Numbered from the stretch's first letter, positions 46,250 through 55,584 are shown. The stretch: 64,000 nucleotides of DNA from an uncultured Clostridia bacterium (GCA_944363035.1 CALVTS010000001.1:64691-128690), one strand, 5' to 3'. A program made the numbers and translations. Notes: a model not told the origin generated them from the sequence alone.

Positions 46250-47644
46250 TTGGACAATATGACTGAAAATACCATCGCCGCCGAGCGACCTCGGCGGCGC
46301 CAACTCAAATGGAAGCCCTCCACCATGCAGATACTCGTGCTCGGGTATCTCGGCATAATATTGGTGGGGACTTTCTTTTTATGTCTGCCCATCTCGGCGA
46401 AGAACAACGGCTGGACTCCCTTCATCGATTCCCTGCTCGTCGCCACCTCCGCCACCTGCGTGACGGGGCTCATCACGGTGGACACCTACATCCATTGGAC
46501 CACTTTCGGACAGATCGTCATCCTCCTGCTCATCCAGATAGGCGGGCTGGGGTTCATGACCTTCGTCACCCTCTTTTCTCTCGCGCTCGGCAGACGCATA
46601 GGGCTCTTCGAACGCGGGCTCATCGCGCAGTCGGCGGGCGCTTTCGGCAAGGGCGGCATACTCAGGCTCATCAAGCGCATCCTCATCTTCACATTCTCGG
46701 TGGAAGCGATCGGCGCGTGTATGCTCATGATAAGTTTCGTACCCGACTTCGGCGCGCAGGGGGTATGGTTCGCCCTCTTCCACTCCGTCTCGGCGTTCTG
46801 CAACGCGGGCTTCGACCTGATGGGCGTAGGCGGGGAGGAATTCGTCTCCCTCACCTCCTACGCAAACGATTGGGTGGTCAACCTCACCATATGTTCCCTC
46901 ATCCTGATAGGCGGGATGGGCTATGTGGTGTGGAGCGACATCTGGGACAAACGCTTCCGTTACAGGCAGTACCGTCTGCACACCCGCATAGTGCTGTGGG
47001 CGACCGTGCTCCTGGTCTTCCTGCCCGCCCTGCTCCTCTTCGCGTTTGAGCAGAACGGCGGCGTCATAGAGGGCAAAAACTCCGCGGACAGCTTCCTCAT
47101 CTGCCTCTTCCAGGCGGTCACTCCGAGGACGGCGGGGTTCAACACCGTGCCCATAGGCGAGCTTTCGGACAGCAGTATCCTCCTCATGCAGATACTCATG
47201 TTCATAGGCGGCAACAGCGGTTCGACCGCGGGCGGCGTGAAAGTCACCACCATGGTGGTCATCCTCTTCGGATTGTACTCCTCGGTGCGCGGACACAAGG
47301 ATATCGTGATAGGCAAACGCTCGCTGGACCTCTCCCTCGCGAAACAGGCGATGTCCCTTTTCACCATCTATCTCATCTTCGTGCTGACGGCGACGCTCAT
47401 CATCTGCGCGATCGAACCCGCGCACATCACCCTGCGGGACGTCAGTTTCGAGTGCGTCTCGGCGATAGCGACGGTGGGGCTCACCACGGGGATAACCCCC
47501 TATCTGCACGCGGCGTCCAAGTTCATCGTCACATTGCTCATGTTCTCGGGCAGGCTCGGAGTGCTCACTCTTGCTTCCGCCATGATGAACGCTAAGGTCC
47601 AGCCCGCCACCAAACGTCCGACGGAAAAAATATTGATAGGATAG
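46250..47644 (+). CDS. trkH: TrkH/KtrB-family potassium uptake membrane subunit
   Basis: SATCVTGL, IQIGGLGFMTF, TPRTAGFNT and GGNSGSTAGGVK selectivity-filter-like repeats. TTG at 46250 (GGAG 7 nt upstream) or ATG at 46259. Confidence 0.9.
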   Translation: MDNMTENTIAAERPRRRQLKWKPSTMQILVLGYLGIILVGTFFLCLPISAKNNGWTPFIDSLLVATSATCVTGLITVDTYIHWTTFGQIVILLLIQIGGLGFMTFVTLFSLALGRRIGLFERGLIAQSAGAFGKGGILRLIKRILIFTFSVEAIGACMLMISFVPDFGAQGVWFALFHSVSAFCNAGFDLMGVGGEEFVSLTSYANDWVVNLTICSLILIGGMGYVVWSDIWDKRFRYRQYRLHTRIVLWATVLLVFLPALLLFAFEQNGGVIEGKNSADSFLICLFQAVTPRTAGFNTVPIGELSDSSILLMQILMFIGGNSGSTAGGVKVTTMVVILFGLYSSVRGHKDIVIGKRSLDLSLAKQAMSLFTIYLIFVLTATLIICAIEPAHITLRDVSFECVSAIATVGLTTGITPYLHAASKFIVTLLMFSGRLGVLTLASAMMNAKVQPATKRPTEKILIG

Positions 47645-47668
47645 CCGTAACGCGGCAAAGGAGTATAT

Positions 47669-48313
47669 ATGAAATCCATACTTGTCATAGGAATGGGACG
47701 CTTCGGCACCTACCTCGCTCTGAGGCTCACCGAACTCGGCAATCAGGTCATGATCGCCGACAAGGACGAGGACAAGATAAACCGCCTCTCCCACAACTTC
47801 ACCGACGCGATAATCGGCGATTGCAGTCGCGAGGATGTGCTGGAAGAGATCGGCGTCAACAATTTTGACATCTGCTTCGTCACCATGGGCGAGAGTTTCC
47901 AATCCTCCCTGGAAGTCACCTCTCTTTTGAAAGACATGGGCGCAAAGTACGTCGTGTCCAAGTCGGGGAGCGAGATCCAGACCAAATTCCTCCTGCGCAA
48001 CGGCGCGGACGAAGTGGTGTACCCCGAGCGCGACCTGGCATATAAGACCGCCATCCGCTTCAACGCGGACAACATCTTCGACTTCATACAGCTCGGCACG
48101 GACTACGGCGTGTTCGAGATCAAGGTCCCCCGCGAGTGGGTGGGCAAGGACGTCGTGCGCGCCAATGTGCGCAAGGAATACGGGCTCAACGTGCTCGCGG
48201 TCAAGAAGGGAGACTCCTCCTTTGCGCTCGTCTCGGGCGATTACATCTTCGAGAGCACGGATCACGTCATCGTCGCGGGCGCGTTCAAAAACGTGGACAG
48301 ACTGAAAGACTGA
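47669..48313 (+). CDS. trkA: TrkA/KtrA potassium uptake regulatory subunit (RCK)
   Basis: MKSILVIGMGRFGTYLALRL (Rossmann GxGxxG) followed by a C-terminal RCK_C-like domain. Confidence 0.9.
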   Translation: MKSILVIGMGRFGTYLALRLTELGNQVMIADKDEDKINRLSHNFTDAIIGDCSREDVLEEIGVNNFDICFVTMGESFQSSLEVTSLLKDMGAKYVVSKSGSEIQTKFLLRNGADEVVYPERDLAYKTAIRFNADNIFDFIQLGTDYGVFEIKVPREWVGKDVVRANVRKEYGLNVLAVKKGDSSFALVSGDYIFESTDHVIVAGAFKNVDRLKD

Positions 48314-48370
48314 AAAGGAGAGCCCTCCCGAAAACAAGCTCCTCTCCCCCTCCGGCGCTCGGAGGAGGAT

Positions 48371-48408
48371 AAAGCAAAGGATCGCTATGTAGCGGTCCTT
48401 TGCTTTTG
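48371..48408. terminator. terminator between trkA and the convergent ade gene
   Basis: AAGCAAAGGAtCGCT-atgt-AGCGgTCCTTTGCTT followed by TTG. Confidence 0.75.
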
Positions 48409-48554
48409 TAATGTATCATACTGTTAAGTACAACTGCCGAGAGGTCAGGTTTTCTTGTCCGAACTCGGTCGTGACGCGCCGCAGTCAACGCGTCGGCATA
48501 TCGAAAGGTCAAGACCGAAAGCCCTCCCTCGAAAGGGGAGCCCGCCTTTGCGGC

Positions 48555-50201
48555 TTACAGAAATCTCCCCTCCTCCACGTCATACAGCCCGGTGTCCAAC
48601 AGTCTCATCCGAGGGATGACGGGGAGCGCGACAAAGGAAAGGGTCGTGAACGCGTCCACTCCCTTGTTGACGCCCATGGCGTGCGCCATCTCTTCCAGGC
48701 GGGCTATCGCCGCCGAGACCTCCTCGGCGTCCCCCGTCGCCATGAGCCCGAACGCGGGCATGGAAAGTTCGCCCGCCACCTTGCCCTCCGAAACTATGAC
48801 GTAGCCGCCGCCTATCTCCCTCAGCCTGGCGAGGGCGATGGACATATCCCGTCCGTTGTCCCCCGCGCACACGGCATTGTGGGAATCATGCGAGACAGAG
48901 GTCGCGATCGCGCCGCCGCGTATGCCGTAACCTTTCAGACGGCACACCGCGAGGTTGCCGTTTTTGTCGTGTCTTTCCGCCGTGGCGAGGAGGTCCTCTC
49001 CCTCCGAAAGCTGCTCGCTTTCAAACTCCTCTTTCACCGTAAGGAGCTGTCCGTCCACCAATCCGATCCCCGTCTTTTTCAGTCTCTCGGGGAGGACGAA
49101 CGCCTCGGGAGGGATATCTTTGAGATGCACCGTATTTTCAAAAACAGCGTGTTTATCATCACGTTTTGTATTTGCTGACACGAGTTTCTGCGATCTTGCG
49201 ACAAGTTCACCTTCCTTGAACACCAGCTCGACGCGGGTCCCGTCCTCCCTCATCGCGACGACGTCCGCTCTGAGCCCCGCGCGCACGTTCCCTCTGTCCG
49301 ACAGCCCGTAATAGCGGCAAGGATTGAAGGACACCATGGCGGCTATCTCCCCCCAGCCGAAGCCTTTGCCGAGAGCCATGGACGCGATATAAGAGATGTG
49401 TCCCTCAGCGGCTATGGTCGCAAGATGTTTGTCGTCCGTACAGAAAGCGAAACGGGAGATGTCAAGCCCTCTCTCCTTCACGCCGTCCAAGAGGTCGGAG
49501 GCGTTGCGCGCCGCGCTCCCCTCCCTGATATAGATGTTCATCCCCATGTCGTAACGGGCGAACATACTCTCCTTGGAGGCGCATTCGTGGTCGTTTTTCA
49601 CGCCTGCGGCGACGTAGGCGGCGAGCATATCGTCAGGCATACCCGAAGTGTGACCGTCCACCGTCCTGCCCTTGAAGAGCGCGAGTTTTGCCGCCATCTC
49701 GGGCTCGCCGTTCGCCGCGTCCGCAAAGCGCATGACCTCTCCCAGCCCCACCACGCGGGGATGGGAAAGGAAGGGTCGCATATCCTCCGCGAGGAATTTG
49801 CCCCCTCCGTTGGTGTCCAGCGGCGTGGCGGGCACCCCGGACGGCAGACATACGAACACGTCCACGCGGGAGAGCTCGCACTCCTCCAAAAAGAGGGAGA
49901 GCCCCTTCGCGCCGGCGACGTTGACCACCTCGTGGGGGTCTGCGATGACGGCGGTGGTGCCGAAAGGAAGTATTGCCTCCCCGAACGCTCGCGGGAGCAC
50001 CATGCTCGATTCCACGTGTACGTGCGCGTCCACGAACCCCGCCGTGATCACGCATCCGCCGCAGTCCAGAGTCTCGGCGTCCTCTGCCGAGAGCCCCTGC
50101 CCTACTGCGGCTATCCTGCCTCCTATCATCAACACATCGGCGGGGAACACCGTCCTACTTTCGCCGTCCGCGACAAATCCGCCTTTGAGCAGATATTTCA
50201 T
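48555..50201 (-). CDS. ade: adenine deaminase
   Basis: ITAGFVDAHVHVESSM...IADPHEVVNV...GLGEVM...VDGHTSG...DHECAS...IREGSAARN, canonical adenine deaminase motifs. Confidence 0.9.
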   Translation of the reverse strand: MKYLLKGGFVADGESRTVFPADVLMIGGRIAAVGQGLSAEDAETLDCGGCVITAGFVDAHVHVESSMVLPRAFGEAILPFGTTAVIADPHEVVNVAGAKGLSLFLEECELSRVDVFVCLPSGVPATPLDTNGGGKFLAEDMRPFLSHPRVVGLGEVMRFADAANGEPEMAAKLALFKGRTVDGHTSGMPDDMLAAYVAAGVKNDHECASKESMFARYDMGMNIYIREGSAARNASDLLDGVKERGLDISRFAFCTDDKHLATIAAEGHISYIASMALGKGFGWGEIAAMVSFNPCRYYGLSDRGNVRAGLRADVVAMREDGTRVELVFKEGELVARSQKLVSANTKRDDKHAVFENTVHLKDIPPEAFVLPERLKKTGIGLVDGQLLTVKEEFESEQLSEGEDLLATAERHDKNGNLAVCRLKGYGIRGGAIATSVSHDSHNAVCAGDNGRDMSIALARLREIGGGYVIVSEGKVAGELSMPAFGLMATGDAEEVSAAIARLEEMAHAMGVNKGVDAFTTLSFVALPVIPRMRLLDTGLYDVEEGRFL

Positions 50202-50260
50202 CTTTCCTCCTTAAAACGGGTCCGAGGCAATCCTCGGACCCGCGTCATTATGCCGCTTTT

Positions 50261-50830
50261 TCACTTGATGTTCTCTTCTATGAGCGCGTCGAGATAAGTT
50301 TCCAGCTTTCCGTCCGCAAGCACGCTCGGATTGTCGAGCAACCATATCAGAAGACTGACCAGCGCGCCCGCATAGCATATCGCCGTCATCTGCGAGGGCA
50401 CGGCGGAGGGATGTGTGGCTTTGAACTTGCCGAGCTGATAGCGTATGGACTGCGCGAGAGAATCCGTGAGCGTGTGCACCACTTTCTCGTTGCGGTTGTA
50501 TTCCACTATCCGCGCGACATGGTTGTGCTTGTCGGAAAGATACTCCACCGCCATGAACAGCAACTTGCGGTAAAGCTCCTTGGGAGAGGCGGCGGGCACC
50601 TCCTTCGTGAAGCTCTCATAAACGGAATCTTTGAGCTCCTCGAGCGCAAATGAGAGCAAATGATATTTGTCCTCGAAGTGGGCGTAGAAAGTGGCGCGGT
50701 TGACCATCGCCCTCTTGCAGAGGTCGATGACGCTTATCTTTTCGATGGAGCACTCCTCCATCATGTCCAGCAAAGTGGCGCTGAGCAACTTGCGCGTGCG
50801 GATTATGCGCAGATCTTCCTTATATTCCAT
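50261..50830 (-). CDS. TetR/AcrR family transcriptional regulator
   Basis: Trimmed to MEYKEDLRIIRTRKLLSATLLDMMEECSIEKISVIDLCKRAMVNRATFYAHFEDKY (TetR HTH). Confidence 0.88.
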   Translation of the reverse strand: MEYKEDLRIIRTRKLLSATLLDMMEECSIEKISVIDLCKRAMVNRATFYAHFEDKYHLLSFALEELKDSVYESFTKEVPAASPKELYRKLLFMAVEYLSDKHNHVARIVEYNRNEKVVHTLTDSLAQSIRYQLGKFKATHPSAVPSQMTAICYAGALVSLLIWLLDNPSVLADGKLETYLDALIEENIK

Positions 50831-50860
50831 AGCGAATTTCCCTTTCGTATGATTTGGAAT

Positions 50861-50889
50861 ATTATCCCACACATGAGCCGTGCTGTCAA
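50861..50889 (-). promoter_or_regulatory. promoter of the TetR gene
   Basis: Minus strand: TTGACA, 17-nt spacer, TGG-GATAAT. Confidence 0.6.
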
Positions 50890-51187
50890 GATAAAATACA
50901 CAAGTCTGTTATCATACACGGATTTGGTCTACTTCCTATCCTATCTCCGCGCGCGGGAAAAGAGCCGGCTTTACCGATTATGTTCTTTCTTATCAATATA
51001 TATTTCATCCTACGCGCGTACGCGGGGAAAGAGCTCGGAGAGGGTGAAAGCCCTCCTCGCGAAGAAAAATGTCGATGAAAACCCGCAAATCTCGTCAATT
51101 TGTTGTAATATGCACGATAATCTGTTATAGTTGTTGAATGAAGTGCTTTTACGGGCATGAGCCCGCAGGCAAAAGGAGCGGAAGGAT

Positions 51188-52426
51188 ATGAGAGTTTCAA
51201 AGGATATCCGAGAAGAAGCGGTGGATTACAGCTTCCGATCCATCAAATATATCTGCGATGAGATAGGTCCGCGCGAATCGGGTATGCCCGCCGAACGCAA
51301 GGCGCAGGAGTGGCTGAAAAAGGAGCTCCTCGACAACGGTTGGGCGGATGAAGCCGAGATCGAGCCTTTCACCGTCTCCCGTCACGGACTGGTGGGATTC
51401 ACAAAGATAGTGTCCGTCATACTCGTGATCGCGGCGGCGATACAGTTTGCGGCATATTTCGCGGGCGGCGCCGCAAATCTTGCCGCAGGCATCGTGACCA
51501 TAGTGCTCTGCGCGCTCGCGTTCACCGTCACGGTGGCGGAGTTTTTGATGTACAAACCCTTCATCGATCCCCTCCTCCCCAAGACGGAATCGGGCAATGT
51601 CTACGCCAAATATAAGAGCAGCGGCGAGACAAAGAGGCGGATAGTGTTTTCGGGACACTGCGACTCCGCCTATGAGTGGACGCTGATGAAGATAAAGCCC
51701 GCGTTCATGATCGCGGTCATAGCGCTCTGCGTGGTGGGCGTGCTCGCCTCCGTCGCGCTGTGCATAGTCAACCTCGCAAAGGGCAGGACGGAGGTGTGGA
51801 GCCTCGTGGTGACCTCCGCGTTCATCCCCTTCTACATCCTGCTCTACTTCTTCTGCACCTTCAAAGTGGTGGTGCCGGGCGCGAACGACAACCTCACGGG
51901 CGTGCTCGCCTCCGTCGCGGTGCTGAAATGCCTCAAAGAGAGCGGGATACGCTTTGAGCACACCGAAGTCGCGGTGCTTCTCACCGGCTCCGAAGAGGCA
52001 GGGCTCAGGGGCGCGTTCGCGTGGGCGCGCAAACACAAGAAAGAGATACTCTCCGACGGCACCGAGACGGTGTTCGTCGGGTTGGAGACCCTGCGCGACT
52101 GGGATCACCTCAACATCTACAACCGCGACCTCACGGGCACCGTCGCCCATGACGCCGGCGCGGTGAAGCTGCTGGACAAGGCGTCCGCCGCCTGCGGCAG
52201 ACCTCTGAAACATTTCTCGGTGTTCTTCGGCGCGTCCGACGCCGCCGCCGTCACCAAGGAAGGGCTTCGCGCCACCTGCCTCGCGGGCATGGATCCCACC
52301 CCTGCGGATTACTATCACAACGTCAAAGATACTGCCGACAATATGGACAGAAAGACTTTCTCCCTCGGGCTGGACATCGCGATCGAAGCCGCAGAGATAT
52401 TTGACAGAGAAGGTGCGCCGGAATGA
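51188..52426 (+). CDS. membrane-embedded M28-family metallopeptidase
   Basis: 412 aa. FSGHCDSAYEW, VVPGANDNLTGV, LLTGSEEAGLRG and ASDAAAV motifs, interrupted by 4 TM helices. Confidence 0.8.
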   Translation: MRVSKDIREEAVDYSFRSIKYICDEIGPRESGMPAERKAQEWLKKELLDNGWADEAEIEPFTVSRHGLVGFTKIVSVILVIAAAIQFAAYFAGGAANLAAGIVTIVLCALAFTVTVAEFLMYKPFIDPLLPKTESGNVYAKYKSSGETKRRIVFSGHCDSAYEWTLMKIKPAFMIAVIALCVVGVLASVALCIVNLAKGRTEVWSLVVTSAFIPFYILLYFFCTFKVVVPGANDNLTGVLASVAVLKCLKESGIRFEHTEVAVLLTGSEEAGLRGAFAWARKHKKEILSDGTETVFVGLETLRDWDHLNIYNRDLTGTVAHDAGAVKLLDKASAACGRPLKHFSVFFGASDAAAVTKEGLRATCLAGMDPTPADYYHNVKDTADNMDRKTFSLGLDIAIEAAEIFDREGAPE

Positions 52427-52530
52427 GTCGTACTTTCGTGAAAGAGATGATCAAAAAGACCGCATACGTCCTGGCAACGGCGTTGCTGGTCGCGGGATTT
52501 GTGGCAGTACTTCTCACCTGCGCCGCCTGA
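52423..52530 (+). CDS. 35-aa single-TM micro-protein translationally coupled to the M28 peptidase
   Basis: Hand-found ORF below the track cutoff. The ATG overlaps the peptidase TGA (ATGA). MSRTFVKEMIKKTAYVLATALLVAGFVAVLLTCAA. A strong terminator follows 28 nt later. Confidence 0.45.
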   Translation: MSRTFVKEMIKKTAYVLATALLVAGFVAVLLTCAA

Positions 52531-52557
52531 TACGGGGTGGGGCGCTTCAAAGACAGT

Positions 52558-52591
52558 CAAAACGTCCGCCGTTGACGGCGGACGTTTTTTC
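52558..52591 (+). terminator. rho-independent terminator
   Basis: AAA-ACGTCCGCCG-ttga-CGGCGGACGT-TTTTT (10-bp stem). Confidence 0.85.
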
Positions 52592-52638
52592 TCGCTTTGC
52601 GTCGGCAAAGTTAGCCGACCGAGGACAGAGAAGGAGGG

Positions 52639-53232
52639 TCACTCCTCCCCTCTTTCTTTCTCGCGCAGAAGCAGGGCGCGGAGCAGGATGACGACTGCGG
52701 GGACGAGCGCCGCTTGGAGCAACAAACCGACCAGCCCCGTCTCTATCTGCGACCATGCGGTCGCCGCAGAGAGCGGAGACACGCTTTGGAACACGGCGGC
52801 AAGCGTGAGGAAGGAGAGCCTGCCCGCGATCCCTGCAAGGAGCACCGCAGGGAACGCCGCCCACGCATTTTTGACTATCAGGGAGGAAAAGGCTCCGCTC
52901 ACGGCGGCAAACACCGCGAGTTCCGCCATCATATACGGCAATCTCGTTGCCGCAGGCATCGCGTTCCCCGCCGCAGACGTGATGAGAAAGCTCACCACGG
53001 GCGCGAGCAGTCCTGCGCACACACCCCATCTCACTCCGAGGATACATCCTCCGAGGAGCACGGGCAGATACATCGGGAGCCATTGCATCCCGCCCGCCGC
53101 TCCCGCCGCGGCGTGGACTATCTGCGGGAGCGCGACCGCCAGCGCGACTATCGCCAGCGTAACGGCGGACTTCACCGTGAACCTCGCGCCCGCCGCGATC
53201 TCTTTTCTTTCAAAATACGCATTAAGCAACAT
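52639..53232 (-). CDS. ECF-transporter S-component-like membrane protein (substrate unknown)
   Basis: 197 aa, about 6 TM helices, Ala/Gly/Leu-rich. Lies 12 nt downstream of the Fe-S aldo/keto reductase, with RBS AAAGGAGAAAG. Confidence 0.6.
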   Translation of the reverse strand: MLLNAYFERKEIAAGARFTVKSAVTLAIVALAVALPQIVHAAAGAAGGMQWLPMYLPVLLGGCILGVRWGVCAGLLAPVVSFLITSAAGNAMPAATRLPYMMAELAVFAAVSGAFSSLIVKNAWAAFPAVLLAGIAGRLSFLTLAAVFQSVSPLSAATAWSQIETGLVGLLLQAALVPAVVILLRALLLREKERGEE

Positions 53233-53244
53233 ACTCTTTCTCCT

Positions 53245-54381
53245 TTAACCTTTCAGCCTCTCGGAAAAGTCTTTCATGACTTCGGATATCTTGATCTGCT
53301 GAGGGCACACCTTTTCGCAACTCCTGCAACCTATGCACGCGCTCGGACGTTTTTCCTCGGGCAGAGTGCCGACCGCCATGGGCGCGATGAATCCCCCTCC
53401 CGTGAATCTGTGCTCGTCGTACAGCTTGATGAGCGCGGGGATGTCCAGATGCTTGGGGCAATGCGTGGTGCAATAGCGGCAGGCGGTGCAAGGGAGCACG
53501 GCGGAGGATATCATCCCGTCCGCAACGCCGAGCAAGGTGTCCCACTCCTTTTCGGAAAGGGGGAGCTCACGCTCGAATATCGCGATGTTCTGAGAGAGCT
53601 GTTCCATGTTCGACATCCCTGAGAGGATCATGGTGACCTCCGGGATGGTCTGCAAGAATCTGAACGCCCACGCGGTCACGCTCTCCTCGGGACGCAACGC
53701 GCGAAGGGGCGCGCTCTCCTTCTCGGAGAGGTTGACCAGCCTCCCGCCGCGAAGGGGCTCCATGATCCAGACGGGGACTCCCCTCTTTTTCATCATCTCC
53801 ACCTTCGCTTTCGCGTTCTGGAACTTCCAGTCGAACCAGTTGACCTGGAGCTGGCAGAACTCGATGACGTCGCCGTATCTGTCCATGAAGCGTTCCATCA
53901 CATCGAGATCCCCGTGGAAGGAGCAACCGAGATGACGTATCTTGCCCTGGTCGCGCATCCTTTTGAGGAAGGAATAGGTGCCGTATCTCTCCTCGTCGAG
54001 ATAGGAGTCGATGTTGAGCTCGCACACGTTGTGGAAGAGGTAGAAATCGAAATAGTCCACCCTGCACTTTTCAAGCTGTGCGGCGAATATCTCCTCCGCC
54101 TTGCCGAAGTTGGCAAGATCGTAGCCGGGGAATTTGCTGGCAAGATAGAAGCTGTCGCGGGGATAGCGGGAAAGCAGACTGCCTATGACCCGCTCGGATT
54201 CGCCGTCATGGTAGCCCCACGCGGTGTCGTAATAGTTGATGCCGTGCGCCATGGCGTAGTCCACCATCTCAGAGGTGAGCTGCACATTGATGTCCGCGTC
54301 CGCTTCGCTGTTGCGCGGGAGGCGCATACACCCCAATCCCAGCGCGGAAAGTTTGATGCCCTGAAAATCTTTGTAAACCAT
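53245..54381 (-). CDS. aldo/keto reductase with C-terminal 4Fe-4S ferredoxin domain
   Basis: LGLGCMRLP...YYDTAWGYHDGESE (AKR) plus CTACRYCTTHCP and CIGCRSCEKVCP cluster motifs. Confidence 0.88.
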   Translation of the reverse strand: MVYKDFQGIKLSALGLGCMRLPRNSEADADINVQLTSEMVDYAMAHGINYYDTAWGYHDGESERVIGSLLSRYPRDSFYLASKFPGYDLANFGKAEEIFAAQLEKCRVDYFDFYLFHNVCELNIDSYLDEERYGTYSFLKRMRDQGKIRHLGCSFHGDLDVMERFMDRYGDVIEFCQLQVNWFDWKFQNAKAKVEMMKKRGVPVWIMEPLRGGRLVNLSEKESAPLRALRPEESVTAWAFRFLQTIPEVTMILSGMSNMEQLSQNIAIFERELPLSEKEWDTLLGVADGMISSAVLPCTACRYCTTHCPKHLDIPALIKLYDEHRFTGGGFIAPMAVGTLPEEKRPSACIGCRSCEKVCPQQIKISEVMKDFSERLKG

Positions 54382-54414
54382 GTTCCCTCCTTTGCCCGCA
54401 AGGAGCTCGACTCA

Positions 54415-54443
54415 ATGCTACCACACCCGCCCGAAAATGTAAA
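54415..54443 (-). promoter_or_regulatory. promoter of the AKR/ECF-S operon
   Basis: Minus strand: TTTACA, 17-nt spacer, TGG-TAGCAT, about 30 nt upstream of the start codon. Confidence 0.5.
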
Positions 54444-54512
54444 ATGACAATATTTCATCACCCGTCATTCCGCGCGGGAATGATGCCGCGATATGTGCCA
54501 CGGACGGAGGCT

Positions 54513-54690
54513 TCAAAAAAGTCTCCGTATGGTCGGAGACTCAAGCACCTTGTCGGTGCGGGATATGCGGCGTCATTTGCGTCTGTCGGTAATTTTTCCG
54601 CCCTCTTTCGGAATCCGTCCGACCGCGGCACAAATGACTTTGGACAAAGCTCCCTATTGCCGCTCGATCGCGGCGGTCCGCTCTGTCTAT
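54513..54690 (-). ncRNA. candidate ~180-nt small RNA or leader (unclassified)
   Basis: Minus strand: promoter TTGAAA-17-TATCAT (54697-54725) and terminator GTCTCCG-accata-CGGAGAC-TTTTTTG (54513-54540). No RBS-preceded ORF lies between them. I see no match to any riboswitch, 6S or SRP motif I know. Confidence 0.35.
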
Positions 54691-54975
54691 GTCTATATGA
54701 TACACCCGTTATTTTCACATTTCAACCCCTTTTTCAACAAGATATGCCCCTCTTTTCGGGATGTATGTCGGATCGGAAGGATACGGATCGAGTCCCGCGC
54801 CGCCGATTTCCGCCCGAGGCGCGTCATTCGCCTTGCCGATGCGGCGGGGCTCTCTTTCGGGGATGCCACGACCAAACTGCGCGGAGCTCTGAAAGCAAGG
54901 TCTCATTCCCGCATCCGAGCGGTATCTCTTTGCGGCGGGCGCGCATGACCTCCCCCTCTTCCGTAAAATATAATA

Positions 54976-55004
54976 TTGACAATATCCGTCCTTGCGGTTA
55001 AGCT
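54976..55004 (+). promoter_or_regulatory. promoter of the zinc-ribbon membrane protein gene
   Basis: TTGACA, 17-nt spacer, TAAGCT, then GGGGAGGTG RBS and ATG at 55025. Confidence 0.55.
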
Positions 55005-55024
55005 GTACTTGGGGAGGTGATATC

Positions 55025-55435
55025 ATGACTTGTACAAATTGCGGACAAGAGATCAGCGACAGCGCGTACGTCTGCCCGTATTGCGGGGCGCGCACTCCGA
55101 TCTCCTATCAACAGCCCGTGGCGCCGCCCGCCAACAACGACATGGCGATAGCGGGGCTCATTCTTGCCTTTTTCATCCCCATCGTGGGTCTCATACTGAG
55201 CTGTATCGGGTTGCACAACTCCAAACAGATGAACGGCGCGGGACGCGGCATGAGCATCGCGGGCATCGTCATATCCGTGGTGCTGATGGTGTTTGCGATA
55301 ATTTTCGTCATCGTCTACGTGGTCGTCCTGATAGAGGTGCTCAACGCCGTGGCAGACGGCATAGGCGACCAACTCAACGACCCGAACACCTATGTCGGGC
55401 TCGCCGCGATGGTGAGGGCGAAATTACCATTCTGA
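55025..55435 (+). CDS. zinc-ribbon plus DUF4190-like small membrane protein
   Basis: MTCTNCGQEISDSAYVCPYCGA, then two TM helices (AIAGLILAFFIPIVGLILSCIGL, SIAGIVISVVLMVFAIIFVIVYVVVLI). Confidence 0.75.
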   Translation: MTCTNCGQEISDSAYVCPYCGARTPISYQQPVAPPANNDMAIAGLILAFFIPIVGLILSCIGLHNSKQMNGAGRGMSIAGIVISVVLMVFAIIFVIVYVVVLIEVLNAVADGIGDQLNDPNTYVGLAAMVRAKLPF

Positions 55436-55462
55436 GCATTTCATCCCGAAAAAACGCATCAT

Positions 55463-55494
55463 AAAACCCCGAAACCGTGCGTCTCGGGGTTTTA
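55463..55494. terminator. terminator between convergent genes
   Basis: AAAA-CCCCGA-11-nt loop-TCGGGG-TTTT. Confidence 0.7.
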
Positions 55495-55584
55495 TACGAT
55501 TTGTCATATCCTCAAATGCGCAGTTTGCGGCGACATCCGCTCGCCTGCGTTTTTAACGCTCCGGGCGCATACGCCGAAGCGGAC

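Noticed and set aside
46379-48337. Minus-strand ORF of 652 aa
   Set aside because: It is antisense to trkH/trkA. It is extremely acidic/basic (E/D/R/H-rich) and lacks any recognisable domain.
54770-54820. tRNA-like T-arm (ACGGATCGAGTCCCGC)
   Set aside because: There is no complementary acceptor 5' strand, D-arm or anticodon arm at the proper distances on either strand.
54715-55095. ORF 54715..55095 (-, 126 aa) and internal short frames with a GGGGGAGG-like RBS
   Set aside because: It is antisense to the promoter and start of the zinc-ribbon gene. It is R/G/P-rich with no recognisable family, and the apparent RBS is the complement of C-rich plus-strand sequence.
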